The position numbers and the translations under genes are program-made. Source: Octopus bimaculoides (lineage: Eukaryota). From it: a stretch of 64,000 nucleotides of DNA. Below are positions 52,480-64,000 of the stretch, piece by piece. The notes below the pieces were generated by a model. That model did not search any database, had not been told where the DNA came from, and saw nothing but the letters and a program-made list of their open reading frames with translations. The DNA is taken from assembly GCF_001194135.2 (NCBI RefSeq), contig NC_068984.1:39564589-39628588 (forward strand), read 5' to 3'. Positions within the stretch are counted from its first letter, which is position 1. Each line of letters opens with the position of its first letter.

Positions 52480-53990
52480 GATCCAGAAGGAGCCTTGCAA
52501 AGATTTTCCCTGCGGTGGAGAGCAATGTGGATTTCGACCATCCAGAGGGACAACTCACATGATCTTTTGTGCTCGAAAACTACAAGAAAAGAATAGTGAA
52601 CAACAAAAACCTCTCTATTTTGTTTTCTACGACCTCGAAAAGGCCTTCGATACCGTCCCAAGGCCTGCAATGTGGAAGATCCTCCGACGCTTCGGCTGCC
52701 CCGATCAGTTCATCTCCCTAGTACAGGGAATACATGACGGTATGATTGGAGCCATCTTCCACCAAACTCAACTGTCTGAAGACTTCCCCATCATTAGAGG
52801 ATTAAAACAAGGATGTGTTTTGGCCCCGATGCTCTTCTCCCTGTACCTTACAACAATGTTTCATGAACTACTTTCGGACAATCTAGGAGTCAGCATTAGG
52901 TACTGATATGACGGGGGATGTTTCAAATTTGCCAGATTGAAGTCACGAAAACTGACCAGGAAGCAAAAGATCACTGATCTTCAGTAAGCTGATGACAACG
53001 CAGTAGTCTGCCACTCCAGTGAACAGCTTCGACAATTTGGCGAATAACTTCACCAATGCTTACACTCGATTTGGCCTAAAAGTCAATATCAGAAAGAGAA
53101 AATTCCTGGCACAACCAGTTCTAAGTCAGGAAACTCCAGGCCTCAACATTACCAACTCGGAGATGCCACTGGAGAAAGTTGACCACTTTTCATACTTAAG
53201 AAGTTTGCTTTCTAAGAAGTGCACATTGGAAAAGAACGTGGAGAACCGATTAAGAGCGGCTTACACCGCGTTTGGTGGACTCACGAAAAGGGTCTTTAAG
53301 ATCTGAACCACCAAACAAAATTGAGTGTCTACCAAGCAGACGTGTTCTCCACTCTCTTCTACGGTTGTGAAACCTGGACTCTTTACCGAAGTGAAGTCAA
53401 AAATACTAGAGCGATTTCAACAACAGAATCTCCGCTCTATTATGAATATCAAATGGAATGACTATATGACCGATGTCTCTGTTTTAGAGAGAACATAAAG
53501 CAGCAGCATCGAGGCCACCATCCTGAAACATCGTCTGAGATGGGCGGGCCACGTAGCAAGAATGAAAGAGACCAGACTGCCTCATCAAATTTTATATGTT
53601 GAACTTCTCACCGGAAGAAGACTCCGTGGCTGTTCCCTCGGTCGATAAAAGGACCAGCTGAAGCAAAGCTTAAAACTGACTGGAATCGATCTCAAAGCCT
53701 ATGACATTAAAGCTCAGGACAGGCCCGGCTGGCATCATTCCGTCTCCACTGTGACAGATCATTTTGAAGACGAACGACAGAGGAAAGAAGAGAAACGACA
53801 AGAAATAAAATAGAGGCTGCAACAACCAAAGCCTCCACCACGGATTCCTTGTGAACTTTGCAATAGACGCTTCCATGCAAGAATCGGCCTGTTTAGTCAT
53901 CAGAGGCATAAACAAGGACAGAGGTGAAGAAGCGGTCAAGAAGAAGCCAAATAGATTATCGGACGCATGATAAAACGCCGACGACGACGA
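52480..53990 (+). mobile_element. 5'-truncated RTE (BovB-like) LINE, RT pseudogenised
   Basis: EQCGFRPSRGTTHMIF, FYDLEKAFDTV, GLKQGCVLAPMLF and LQ*ADD (TAA at 52985-52987 in YADD; TGA at 52904-52906), then YGCETW, LRWAGHVARM, a C-terminal CELCNRRFHARIGLFSHQRH finger and a (gac)n tail. Confidence 0.92.
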
Positions 53991-54207
53991 TGTGCTTTAG
54001 TATATTTAATTATGTCTATATATATTTGTCTTTTATTTTATGATTCCCCCCCCCCCCNNNNNNNNNNNNNNNNNNNNNNNNNNNNNNNNNNCACACACAC
54101 ACACACACAAGGAATTGACCCACCTCAGGCTACAGTAGAAAACACTTACCTAAAGTGCTGCGCACTAAGATCGAACCTGCCAACTGTTGCAACCTGATTT
54201 CAATATC

Positions 54208-54419
54208 CTTTTCTACTCTAGGCAAAGGCCCGAAATTTGGTGGGGAGGGGGACCAGACAGACCCCAGTACGCAACTGGTACTTAATTAATCGACCCTGAA
54301 AGGACTAAAGGCAAAGTCGACTTCGGCGGAATTTGAACTCAGAATGTAACGGTAGACGAAATACCGCTAAGCATTTCGCCTTACGTGCTAACGATTCTGC
54401 CAGCTCGCCGCCTTACCTC
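54208..54419 (-). mobile_element. SINE family B with 11-bp TSD
   Basis: TSD atttcaatatc at 54197-54207 and 54420-54430. Confidence 0.9.
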
Positions 54420-54879
54420 ATTTCAATATCGCTGTTAATGACCTTCGCAAAGGCACCAATATCATGGCACTCATTTCTTTCATTGAAGTTAATAATGCTG
54501 AAACATTACATTCATTGAGGAATTCTTCAGCATTTCGTTTTGTTTTTGCTTTGTTTTGTTTTTTGCTTCTTTTTTTATGATACGTATTTTTCTTACTTTA
54601 CTCTGACGGTTACTATTTAAGATGATTAAATTTGGCCCCATGTCGCTAAGTCGACTTATGAGAGAAGAACACTGCTTCTGTGGCCATCATCCAAAAAATT
54701 CTACCCGTTTTACGTTCAAACTGACCAAATCCAGTCTCTCGTACCTGACTTATAATGCCATTCTAAAAGTAAACATTCACATCAAAATCTCGAAGCTACT
54801 AGATAATGCATGATTAATTCAAACAATGAGAATAAGTATTACAGTCAATAGAGTAATTTGAATGCTTAAGGGGTAATCA

Positions 54880-55035
54880 CAGGGCCGGCTCAATGTACCG
54901 GCAACCCGGGGCGCCATGTGCTTTTTAGTCTACATTTTCAGTTTTTCTCCATGTGAAAGTTTTAAAAAATTATGCTTGTAAGGGCGCCGAAGTTTAGCTT
55001 ACCCGGGGCGCCAGCAACCCTAGACGCCAGCCCTG
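54880..55035. mobile_element. hAT-type MITE
   Basis: TIRs cagggccggc / gccagccctg; internal ggggcgcc repeats; TSD only partial (ggtaa). Confidence 0.55.
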
Positions 55036-55519
55036 GGTAAAGGTGATAGAATGTGATTTGAGGTGATTTGGTTGCTATTTCTAACAAGTCAGTTTGCGTC
55101 AAGCAGAGACTCACAACTCTTTCTCTATTCTACACAACTACAAAATGTCTGATTAATTTTCATATCCAACTAAAACCTTATCTACAGATGTCAAAAAAAG
55201 ATTCAATTTTCTAATAACTAATTTATATACGTCTTTTAAGTAAAACCACATACAATATTGTAGATGGAGAAATAAGCTTTTGACTCAATGCATAAAATAT
55301 GCAAGCATGGAAATCTGTTATAATTATGAAAGTAAATCCAATGACTTCTAACTTCTCATCCATGACTTTATCAAAACGTAGAACGTTTGTTGCTGGCCAC
55401 GATTCGCTGATCTGTTCGAGGACTCAGGTAATCCCAAGATGTCTTGATTACAAGAAAAATAAACGGAATGTGAACACAACAGTTCCTGGTTATAATTTCT
55501 CAATGGTTGCGTCTAAATA

Positions 55520-55728
55520 TTCTTTCTATATTTTGCTTGTTTCAGTCATGCTAGAGCACTGCTTTGTAGGGGTTTTAGTCGGACAAACTCACCCAAGTAT
55601 CTATCTTTTAAAATCTGGTACTTATTCTATCAGCCTCTTCTGCCGAACCGCTAAGTTACGAAGATGAAACAAATCAACACCGGTTGTTAAGCGGTAGAGG
55701 TACAAACACAGACACAAATACACACACA

Positions 55729-55760
<32 letters not shown>

Positions 55761-55985
55761 TACACACACACACACACACACACATACATACATACATACA
55801 TACATACATACATACATACATACATTTATGAATGAGCTTCTACACAGATTCCGTCTATCATATTCACTAACAAGGCATTGGTCGACCAGGGGCTATAGTA
55901 AAAGACACTTGTCAAAGGTGTCGCGCAGTGATACTGAACCCGAAACCACATGGTAGCAAAGTGAACTTATTAGCTACACAGCCTT
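55520..55985 (-). mobile_element. SINE family A with central (CA)n(ATAC)n expansion
   Basis: Both halves are present. Confidence 0.85.
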
Positions 55986-56226
55986 GTAATGCTGAGTAGA
56001 ATAAAAGTTATCTTTAAGACTTAGCTAATAATTTTGATCTGAAAAGTTATTTTAATAAAATGCGATCCCCCTTACACCGCCTCATTCGTTTGATTTCTTT
56101 AGAATTTATCTATAGACGGCTTTTACTTTACCAAATATTTCTACTAAGAAAGATCACCGTCAATTCATAGACTCCCACATTTATGCCATCACTATCTATA
56201 AAAATTCTTACATGGTGCATATATGC

Positions 56227-56330
<104 letters not shown>

Positions 56331-56389
56331 TTGTATGTATGTAGTATATATGTACGTATATATATATGTATGTATGTTCACTTCTTCCG

Positions 56390-56570
56390 CTAATACATTC
56401 ATATCTGATAATCAGTCTAACAGTGAATCCATTTTGTTGATTTTTGCGAGCAACATCAGTAAGAGAGCGATTACTTCCTGTTGACGTGATGAACGCCTGC
56501 ATATACCTTGGATTATTATTACTCCTAGCGATTATCTCTAGTTCGTGAAGATACCACCTCACTTCCGCTG
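56390..56570 (-). mobile_element. Possible piggyBac transposase relic
   Basis: YAGVHHVNRK*SLSY..SQKSTKW recalls MGGVD..D....Y...RKS.KW; several stops. Confidence 0.35.
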
Positions 56571-56724
56571 AAATGTTCAACTATTTATAAAATATTCGTA
56601 GTAGGTAGGCAGTTGCTAATAAACAGGTATCCAGATTTGGTTAGAATATAACATCCTGCCAGACCAAGGCCCATATTTTTGTTGTTGTTGTTGTTGGATC
56701 CATTCTTGCCAACATGCTTTATTC

Positions 56725-56915
56725 TTTCATTCTTTTAATCGTTTCAGCCATGTTTGTTTAAGTTTTCTTAGTTATGGGAGTGCAGCCTTGCTGGAGCACG
56801 GCCTTGAAGGGTTTTTAGTTGAACAAATTGGCCCCAGTACTTACGCTTTAAACCTGGTACTTATCTATCGGATTTCATTTTACGAGAACGTAAACAAAGC
56901 CAACATTGGCTGTCG
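56725..56915 (-). mobile_element. SINE family A, 3' fragment
   Basis: gcagccttgctggagcacggccttgaaggg...ctggtacttatctatcgg. Confidence 0.7.
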
Positions 56916-57399
56916 AGATTTTTAAACAGTTAAAATTATTTTATTATGTACAGTTCCTGTCTAAACCTTATGTTGTTCAGCAAAATAACAAGTGAAAATT
57001 AACTATCACATTTCGAACCTTAGAACACTAAACCAAATTTTTTATATTATGTAGTGCGTTGGGAGAGAATGTTCAACTTACGAATAGCAGACGCTTAAAA
57101 AATTGTTACATATCAGTGACTTCGCAACCAATTCAAATTTGCCATATAATTTGCCGCGGCTCAACAGTCTTCATCTAAAATTAACCTTCTGAATGTCTCA
57201 AACACGTCGGATGGCATGTAAATAGCAAACTTAAGATAAAAAAAATATATAGTGAGATTTGGGTTAACTTGCAGTTTACGAAAGTAAATTGTACTAAAAA
57301 AATTGAAGTAATTGGCGATATAAACCAGAAGTGACGACAGTAACCTGCCCTAATTTCATATAAACAATGTGACACTCTCTTACCTACATGTAGATTAGT

Positions 57400-60300
57400 T
57401 GAATTATTTATTAGAATCAAATGTCTCTTCTCAAAATAAGAAGTGGCTCGTATAGTCCGAGTGAATCCACTGGAACACCACTGCTTCCCTTCGATGATTT
57501 CTCAGCAGCTCATTGATTGCAGGATTCAGTTGAATTGCTCTTATGTGACTGTGTTGGCTATCACGCGTCAACATGCAAGCCACCGAATTGCCTTTTCAGT
57601 AGTGTTCATTGCTGGTTATAACTCATCAACCACTCGTCTACGCTTACTTGAGTCTGCAAAAGGTGACCTAGAATCATTGGTAAAAATTGCTTTAACTATG
57701 GATTTAGCCACCGAGGATGCGAGGAACTTGTCAAGAATGAATCTTTCGTGCCCTCTAGTTCTGGCGGTTTCAGGAAAACGATCTTGCTATTGGTGTGGTG
57801 GGCCTGTTTAATCAAAATCAATTTGTTCAACCAAAAACTCAATCAGTAATAACTCCCATCGAAAAGGACAATAAGCAACCTTTTGCACGACAAAAAAATA
57901 TAAGGTTATTATGTTCAAAACAAAAGGAAAGGCAAATCACGAAAACAACCCAACAAACGATACAAACAACCCAACAAACGAAAAATTGTGCTTCAATTTT
58001 TCAGCTAGCCGATGCCGGGCAATGAACAAAACTCATTAAAGTTAAAGCAAATGATCATACGACATACGCACCACTGGATATTGGATCAGACCGGGCCTGG
58101 CCAAAGAATTAGATCTGGCAAAAGAATTTGGGCTTCTTCTTACAATGTAAAAAAAAAAGCGTTTCCTTTTAGCCGATAACAGTCAATTTAAGATCCGTCG
58201 GAACGTGTTTAATCGCACTAGAATGGGATGGACGCTATTACGAAGCTGAAGTGTATTCCCTTGAGTCACTCGTGGCACCAATTGTATGAGGGATGGACGT
58301 TTTAAGATTGCACAAAGCACTAACATTAAATCTAGACGACAATAGGGAGCCAATCCTTGTTTGCTTTCCTCTTAAGGAATTAAGTTGCCAGAGTGTCAGT
58401 CAGCTGTCCAGCGTCGATACGTCGAAATTAACTCTTATCGCTACAAAATCTCTATGAAATTCATTGTCATAGAAATTTCATCGAAGGTGAAATCAAGAGA
58501 ATGTCAAAAGACGGGATTATTCAGTAAAGTAAAAGCAGGTGGCGTGCGCAGTCATTCATCGAGTCAAGAGGAAAAATAGTTAAGGCCAGTAATTGGCTAT
58601 TCCAACACCACAAATCGCTATGGTCCTATTGACGCGTAGCCTGCAGCTAACATTGATTTACTCGAAAGAATCGCATACAATTATTACTTCTCTATTATCG
58701 ACTTGAAAGAAACCTTCCACTAAATTTCATTGCGTGAAAGGGGTCTTTTTTTTCCATTTGAATACTTTTGAAGTTTGTAACAAATTTTTAGAATTTATTT
58801 GCATGCCATTCGAGTGTACCGTTGCCATCTTTCAACGCATTATGGATTCATTCATTCACGATAATTTTCTGCAAAGCACCTATTGTTAAATCGATGACAT
58901 CATAATCGGAGGAAAACCAAAGGAAGAACACGATTGTAACTTGCCAAAATTCCACTTGGCAGCTAAGCGAGCCGGCATGCTACTCAACAAATTAAAATGT
59001 CGTGCTGGCTTAAAATCCATTCACTTTCTCGGACATGTGATAGAAAAAGGAACGCTTAAACCAGATCCAGAAAGATATCAGACATTAATTGAACTTAAAG
59101 AATCCGACGACACTGAAGGAACTGAACCATCTAAATTGATTATTTGCGTATTACACTAAATGTATTCCGAATTGTTCAGAACTAGCCATGCATTTAATGA
59201 ACGCTCGAGATTCTATCGAAAAATATGGTTTAACTCCGGCGGCTACCGATGCCATAGCTCAAGCGAAAGCTTGTGAAATCGAGTCTGGCAGCTCCAGACC
59301 TTCCTTTCAGCATTTCTTATAGAGACAGATGCTTCTGACGTGACGTTGGATGGGGTGTTATCTCAGGATGAAAGGTAGTGACGTTCTATAGCCGAACACT
59401 TCAAAATGTCGAGAGACTCCAATCAGCCATAGAAAAAGATGCCTATGCAATACTGGAATGTTGCAAACGCTGGTGACATTTTATAACTGCCGTACCCTCA
59501 AGTACAATAATAACTGATCAGAAATAGGTGGCTTTTTGTTCAATAGAATCCAAACGTCAAAAATAAAGAAAGAAAAAATTTTCAGTACAGACCAGGTATT
59601 CAAAACGTACCACCCGATGTCCTTTCAAGATGTACTTCAATGAACGAAACCAACAATGTGGAAGAAATTTATAAAAGGCTATGCCACCTCAGAACAACAA
59701 TATTGCTACATTATTGTACAGCCAAGAATTTACCCTTTTCAGCAAAAGAGGTTAGTGGACTTAGGCCACCTGAACCTGGGAAGGAATATCTGTCGACTTT
59801 GTTGGACCAATGACCAAATATTCCGGCTTATCTTTTAACGGTTGAGGATAAATACTCGCATTATCCCTTTGCTTTTCCATGTAAGGAAATGTCTAGTGAA
59901 GCAGTTATTAACTAGCTGAGCTTTTTTCCTTACCTGAAACTCCTAATGCAATTCGCCTAGACCGAAATGCTCAATTTGAATCGGCATACTTCAGAGCCTT
60001 TCTAATGGCGAGTGGTGTAATCAAGACCCGAACCACACCATATGATCCTCAAAGGAATGATCAATACGAGCGCATGAACGCTACTATATGCAAGTCTGTG
60101 CTCTTGCTTTGAAATCAGAAGGGTTATGCAAGACTGGGTGGATCAAGATAATTCTATTGGTCTTAGCTTCTGACAGAATTTTTTATGCGCAGAAACCAAC
60201 GAAACTGCTCACGAAAGAATGTTTACTTTTCGTAGAGCCCCCAAATTCGGGTCTGATCCGCAGTGTTTCTTAACCAACGCTTGTTCAACAGTTTTACATC

Positions 60301-60600
60301 GAAATAATCTAGATGGAAAACGCGATTCACCAACAGAAGATTAAATTATTGGAAACTCTTTCAATCAGTTTCTCACGATTACAGTTTAATAGCAGCATCA
60401 CTACAATTTGAACTCGTGATCTCGCCTACTATTCTCCAGGTTCGTCGTCAGAGAAAGGTAATCAATTGTTCCCCTGCTCAGCCAAATCATTATGATCGGA
60501 TGCAATACTGTCTAGATACACAACCATAATCACGTTGTCATAGAGAGACCCAGCCGAATCGACATCCGACCAAAGTAAGGAGGTTTTAAGAGTCAGAATC
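57400..60600 (+). mobile_element. Near full-length, degenerate Ty3/Gypsy internal region (gag-PR-RT-RH-IN)
   Basis: gag FIAGYNSSTTRLRLLES..CYWCGGP; protease LDIGS; RT IDLKETFH, MPF, IDDIII, FLGHVI..GTLKPDPER; RNase H IETDASD; integrase DRNAQFES and NDQYERMNATI; purine tract at about 60572-60584. LTRs not recognised. Confidence 0.85.
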
Positions 60601-60749
60601 AGAGTTTACAACTAAGCATGCAAAACTGGATAATACACAGCAACTTAGAATCCTCATGAACCAGCTCATAACAATCAGGTCAAGTCGAGTTGTGAGAATG
60701 TCATTGCTTGATGAATACGTTCTAGAATCCTAACACAACGAAGAAGACT

Positions 60750-61151
60750 GTTGTGATGGTGCTTCTAAGTCATCATTCACTGCGGTCCTGTACTTCCTGT
60801 CTTCATTCCAAATTATATAAATTTCTTAGCAAACTGTTATAATGTGGATCCTCCTCCACTTGTATATTGTCGGCACTGTAACATTCTTGTCGCCACTATT
60901 ATGTTGTGGCGGTATTCCGCGTGTTATTATATTTGATTCGTCTATCGCGCTATTGCTTATAGCTCCGCAAGACAACGACTTTGAAACGTTTATCTTGACG
61001 GTAACTCGAACTCGTATATATCATGTAACAGGCGCTGACTCCAACCAAGAACTCGTACTGCTACTGACCTACAACAACTGATTGTCTGACTTTATAGTGG
61101 CTCCTTCATACCACTTTGTCACGTGGGAAGGAGTGTATCATTGTCACTACA
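60750..61151 (-). mobile_element. Probable 3' LTR of the minus-strand Gypsy element
   Basis: On the minus strand the purine tract aaaaaaactaaaagtagaga is followed directly by TGTAGTGAC at 61151. Left boundary uncertain. Confidence 0.5.
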
Positions 61152-61439
61152 TCTCTACTTTTAGTTTTTTTCTTTGAGAAGCAAGTAATTTTATTTTACT
61201 TTATTCACCTCTCCTCCCTTTTTAACGTTTTTTTATTTTATTTTCCAACTTAATATTTTTTCTTTTTTGGCGTCTATTTGTAGGAACTCTGTGTTCTTTT
61301 TTCTTCCACTTGTACGCGTAGGTTCAATCAGCTGTAACGGTGTTGGTACCTGAAATGCGCCATCTCTAACGGTGTTAGTGCCTGAAATGTGTCATACAGT
61401 CATTCCCTAATTTCTAATTTGTCTGGTTCATTTTCTATG

Positions 61440-62520
61440 AATCTCTTCTTCAATTGGTTTCTGTGTCTTTTTTCTTTCTGCTTTTGATTCCGTACATCAT
61501 TTTTCCTATGTACTTCGTAATTTTTCCTTCTTCCCAGTATTGCTTTCCTTTTTTATACAACCTCATGTACATCTTATCACCAAGTTTGAAAAGTTTTGGA
61601 TTGTCTTTCATGGTACCTTTTCTTTCCTCGCCAGGTAACAGTTCGTCAAAAACTGGTTTCACCTTCCTCGTGAACATCAGTTTTGTTGGTGAGCTTCCTG
61701 CTGGTGTATTGGGGTTCGGTGTCACCCTGTATACCCTTAGGAATTGCTGCAGAGCGACTTCGCCTGTAGCCTCCTTGTTTGATTTTCTCAAAGCTCTTTT
61801 AAAAGTGTCCACAAAACGCACTGCCTGTCCATTTGATCTGGGATGGTAAGGCATTATCGTTTTATGTTCTATTGTGAATATTTCACAGAATTTTCTAAAT
61901 TCACTGGACACAAATTGTGTTCCATTATCAGATACATCCACGTCTGGGATGCTAAATCTTGTGAATAATTCGTGCAAAATATTTATTACCGGCTATTTTA
62001 TAAAACTGTCATCTACTACTAACGGACCCTCAAAATCGATGTATGGTCTTGTCCATAGACTTTTTACTTCTGGCCAAGGCTCCCATTTTTGAGTAGGCAA
62101 TTTCATTACCAGATCACATCTTTTGCTGCCTTTTACTACGTTTTCAACTTCCTTGTCCATCTTCAGCCAACACACATAACTACGCATAAGCGCTTTCATC
62201 CTTACGATCCTCGGAAGTCCAATATGAATTCTTTTAACATTCTTTTTTTGTAGAGTCTCAGGTATCACTACCCTTTGGCCATACATCAGTATCCCGTCGC
62301 ATGTTGAATATATGTTTACATCTTGTTTTTTTCGTAAGTGTACCGGTTTATTTACCAGGCTGAACGAGAAATTGGAATTCAGTTCATTTCTCGTTACCAA
62401 GATAAGATTCCGATGCCTCATAAAAGTCATTTTCTGTATTTATGCCATTTCTATGAAGCAGCCTGGCAAAATAAATGAAGGTAACTATTTTTGCAATATC
62501 TTCTACAGTATATTTTCTAT
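61440..62520 (-). mobile_element. Ty3/Gypsy integrase region, inactivated
   Basis: ORFs 61993-62430 (H2C2-like IHIG..RMKALMRSYVCW, IDFEGP) and 61450-61977 (SDNGTQF, PYHPRSNGQAVRF with the catalytic E replaced by V, YRVTP). Confidence 0.9.
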
Positions 62521-62599
62521 GGTTGATATTGATAAATTGAACAACGTTCAATTTATTGCATTGTAGTGAGGATGCTGCTGAATTTTGAAGCATCGCTGT

Positions 62600-63071
62600 C
62601 AGACTTTCCCAGCTCAGGAACCACGACCTATCCTATCACTATAAAAGACAAAGTGTCACCATAAAAAGCATTAACGCCCACTCGAATATGACTCGCCGAA
62701 TCAGCACTGACCGACTTGTTACGGTTGATGCGGCGAACTTCAAAGGAAGTGTGCGAGTTTTCCCGCCAAATAGTTTAATTGAAGGTTCTTGAAAATTTCG
62801 CTTACGGTTATAAAAATCTGATGAATTCGACCTTAAATTAGAACCACTCAATATTCTACACGAAAATGTCGCCGCTCTTCTCTGTGTGGTGATCTCTCGC
62901 TCTATTTCATTTTTTATCTCGCTTAACAAGCTGGTGTCGTATTCGTCAGAGGGCACCAGCTACGTATTGTAGTGTTGCGTCACGTACATTGATGATATGC
63001 ATTAGTTTTAATTCTTTCTCCTTTATTTCGCCTACAAGCTACTTTCATGATATTATCTAACATCTACTACA
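62600..63071 (-). mobile_element. Possible LTR remnant, PBS and gag start
   Basis: tgtagt...actaca termini at 62968-63071, PBS-like TGGTGCCC at 62958-62951, then ORF 62639-62956. Confidence 0.35.
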
Positions 63072-63789
63072 GAAGATTCCCGGCTGTTATGTTCGTTGTT
63101 TCATGAACGTTGTTCAATTTATCAATATCAACACATAAATATAAACGATGCGGATTAAATGCGATATATTAAAACTCAGTAAGTAATATTAGTGTAGTTA
63201 TTCTTGTCTTCACACGCAGCCTATCTAATATTGTGAACTACTAACGAAGAATTTATGATCAAGTACCAGACTAAAGTTAAATACGTTGTTCCTCAATTTA
63301 GATATATTACCACTTGTGAATTCTAAAAGTTAAAATATTTCTGTTGATTCTAGTAACCAAAAACGTGAAACTGTATAACAGTGCTTTATACTAAATTTTG
63401 TTTCTCTTTTTTTTTTTTTACAGAATTTCTACATAAAAGTCTTTTAGTACCAATCTCTTATACAAGATAAAACATTGGCATACAAGCAATCTCTCGATGA
63501 CAAGCTTCGACACCAAACGACAGATCTACCAGGGCACTTGACCTGCAAGAAATAGCATCTAAATTCCCCTTAAATCACGCCTGATATCTTAAATATGAAT
63601 ACATTGGCTATTGTAGTCCTATATACAAGATGGCACATTAAAAAATTGACACGTAGAAATTTCGAAAATTTGCAATTGCGTGGAAAGTGACTAATATTTT
63701 TCTATACAAATCATTTCCAACTGATATGATTTAAATAAAAAAAAAGACTAAATTCTAGCATGGTCTTGCTCTTGAAAAACCAAACCTAT

Positions 63790-64000
63790 TCCTATACAGA
63801 TATTCGTCTCACTCTGACGACGCTCCTTCACCATTATTGACAGTTATTCTTTTTAGCAGCGTTTTCATCCTTTTACCAGAATGCCACAATATTATTAATC
63901 TTAGACGCACCAGTAACGACATCGCAAGAATGATTTACGGTCAGGTGCGTATAATTCAGTGCATACCATTCATCAGTAATCACAGTGACTCCCAGAACAA
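63790..64000 (-). mobile_element. Merlin (IS1595/ISXO2-like) transposase relic, cut by the window end
   Basis: VTVITDEWYALNYTHLTVNHSCDVVTGASKINNIVAFW* matches the ISXO2-type I.TD.W..Y...Y.H.TVNHS...TG....N.IE..W motif. Confidence 0.8.

Noticed and set aside
63892-63944. Apparent plus-strand exon with good splice signals (ECHNIINLRRTSNDIARMIYGQ)
   Set aside because: The opposite strand is clearly a Merlin transposase relic, which explains the open frame.

Overview
Eukaryotic, AT-rich, repeat-dominated genomic DNA with about 15 N gaps, most flanked by microsatellites. The SINE repertoire and the (CA)n/(TA)n/(ATAC)n/(GATA)n density suggest an Octopus short-read assembly (inference from remembered repeat families, not a database search). 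No intact host gene could be identified. Almost all ORF-track entries are microsatellite, gap or transposon artefacts. Recognisable content: four SINE families (labelled A-D here), degenerate Penelope-like elements (RT and GIY-YIG), HERO-like, R4-like, RTE and CR1-like LINE fragments, three or more Ty3/Gypsy remnants, Tigger, MULE, Merlin and possibly piggyBac transposase relics, and hAT- and mariner-type MITEs. The most notable observations are: (1) two type I hammerhead ribozyme motifs on the minus strand, one at the 3' end of a Penelope-like element and one inside a tRNA-headed non-autonomous element inserted as an inverted composite with a 12-bp target-site duplication; (2) several long hairpins; (3) a CpG-depleted domain at about 10.3-19.75 kb, ending at a CpG-rich CRE palindrome, that may mark an unidentified gene body. 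Element boundaries are approximate unless TSDs or TIRs are quoted.
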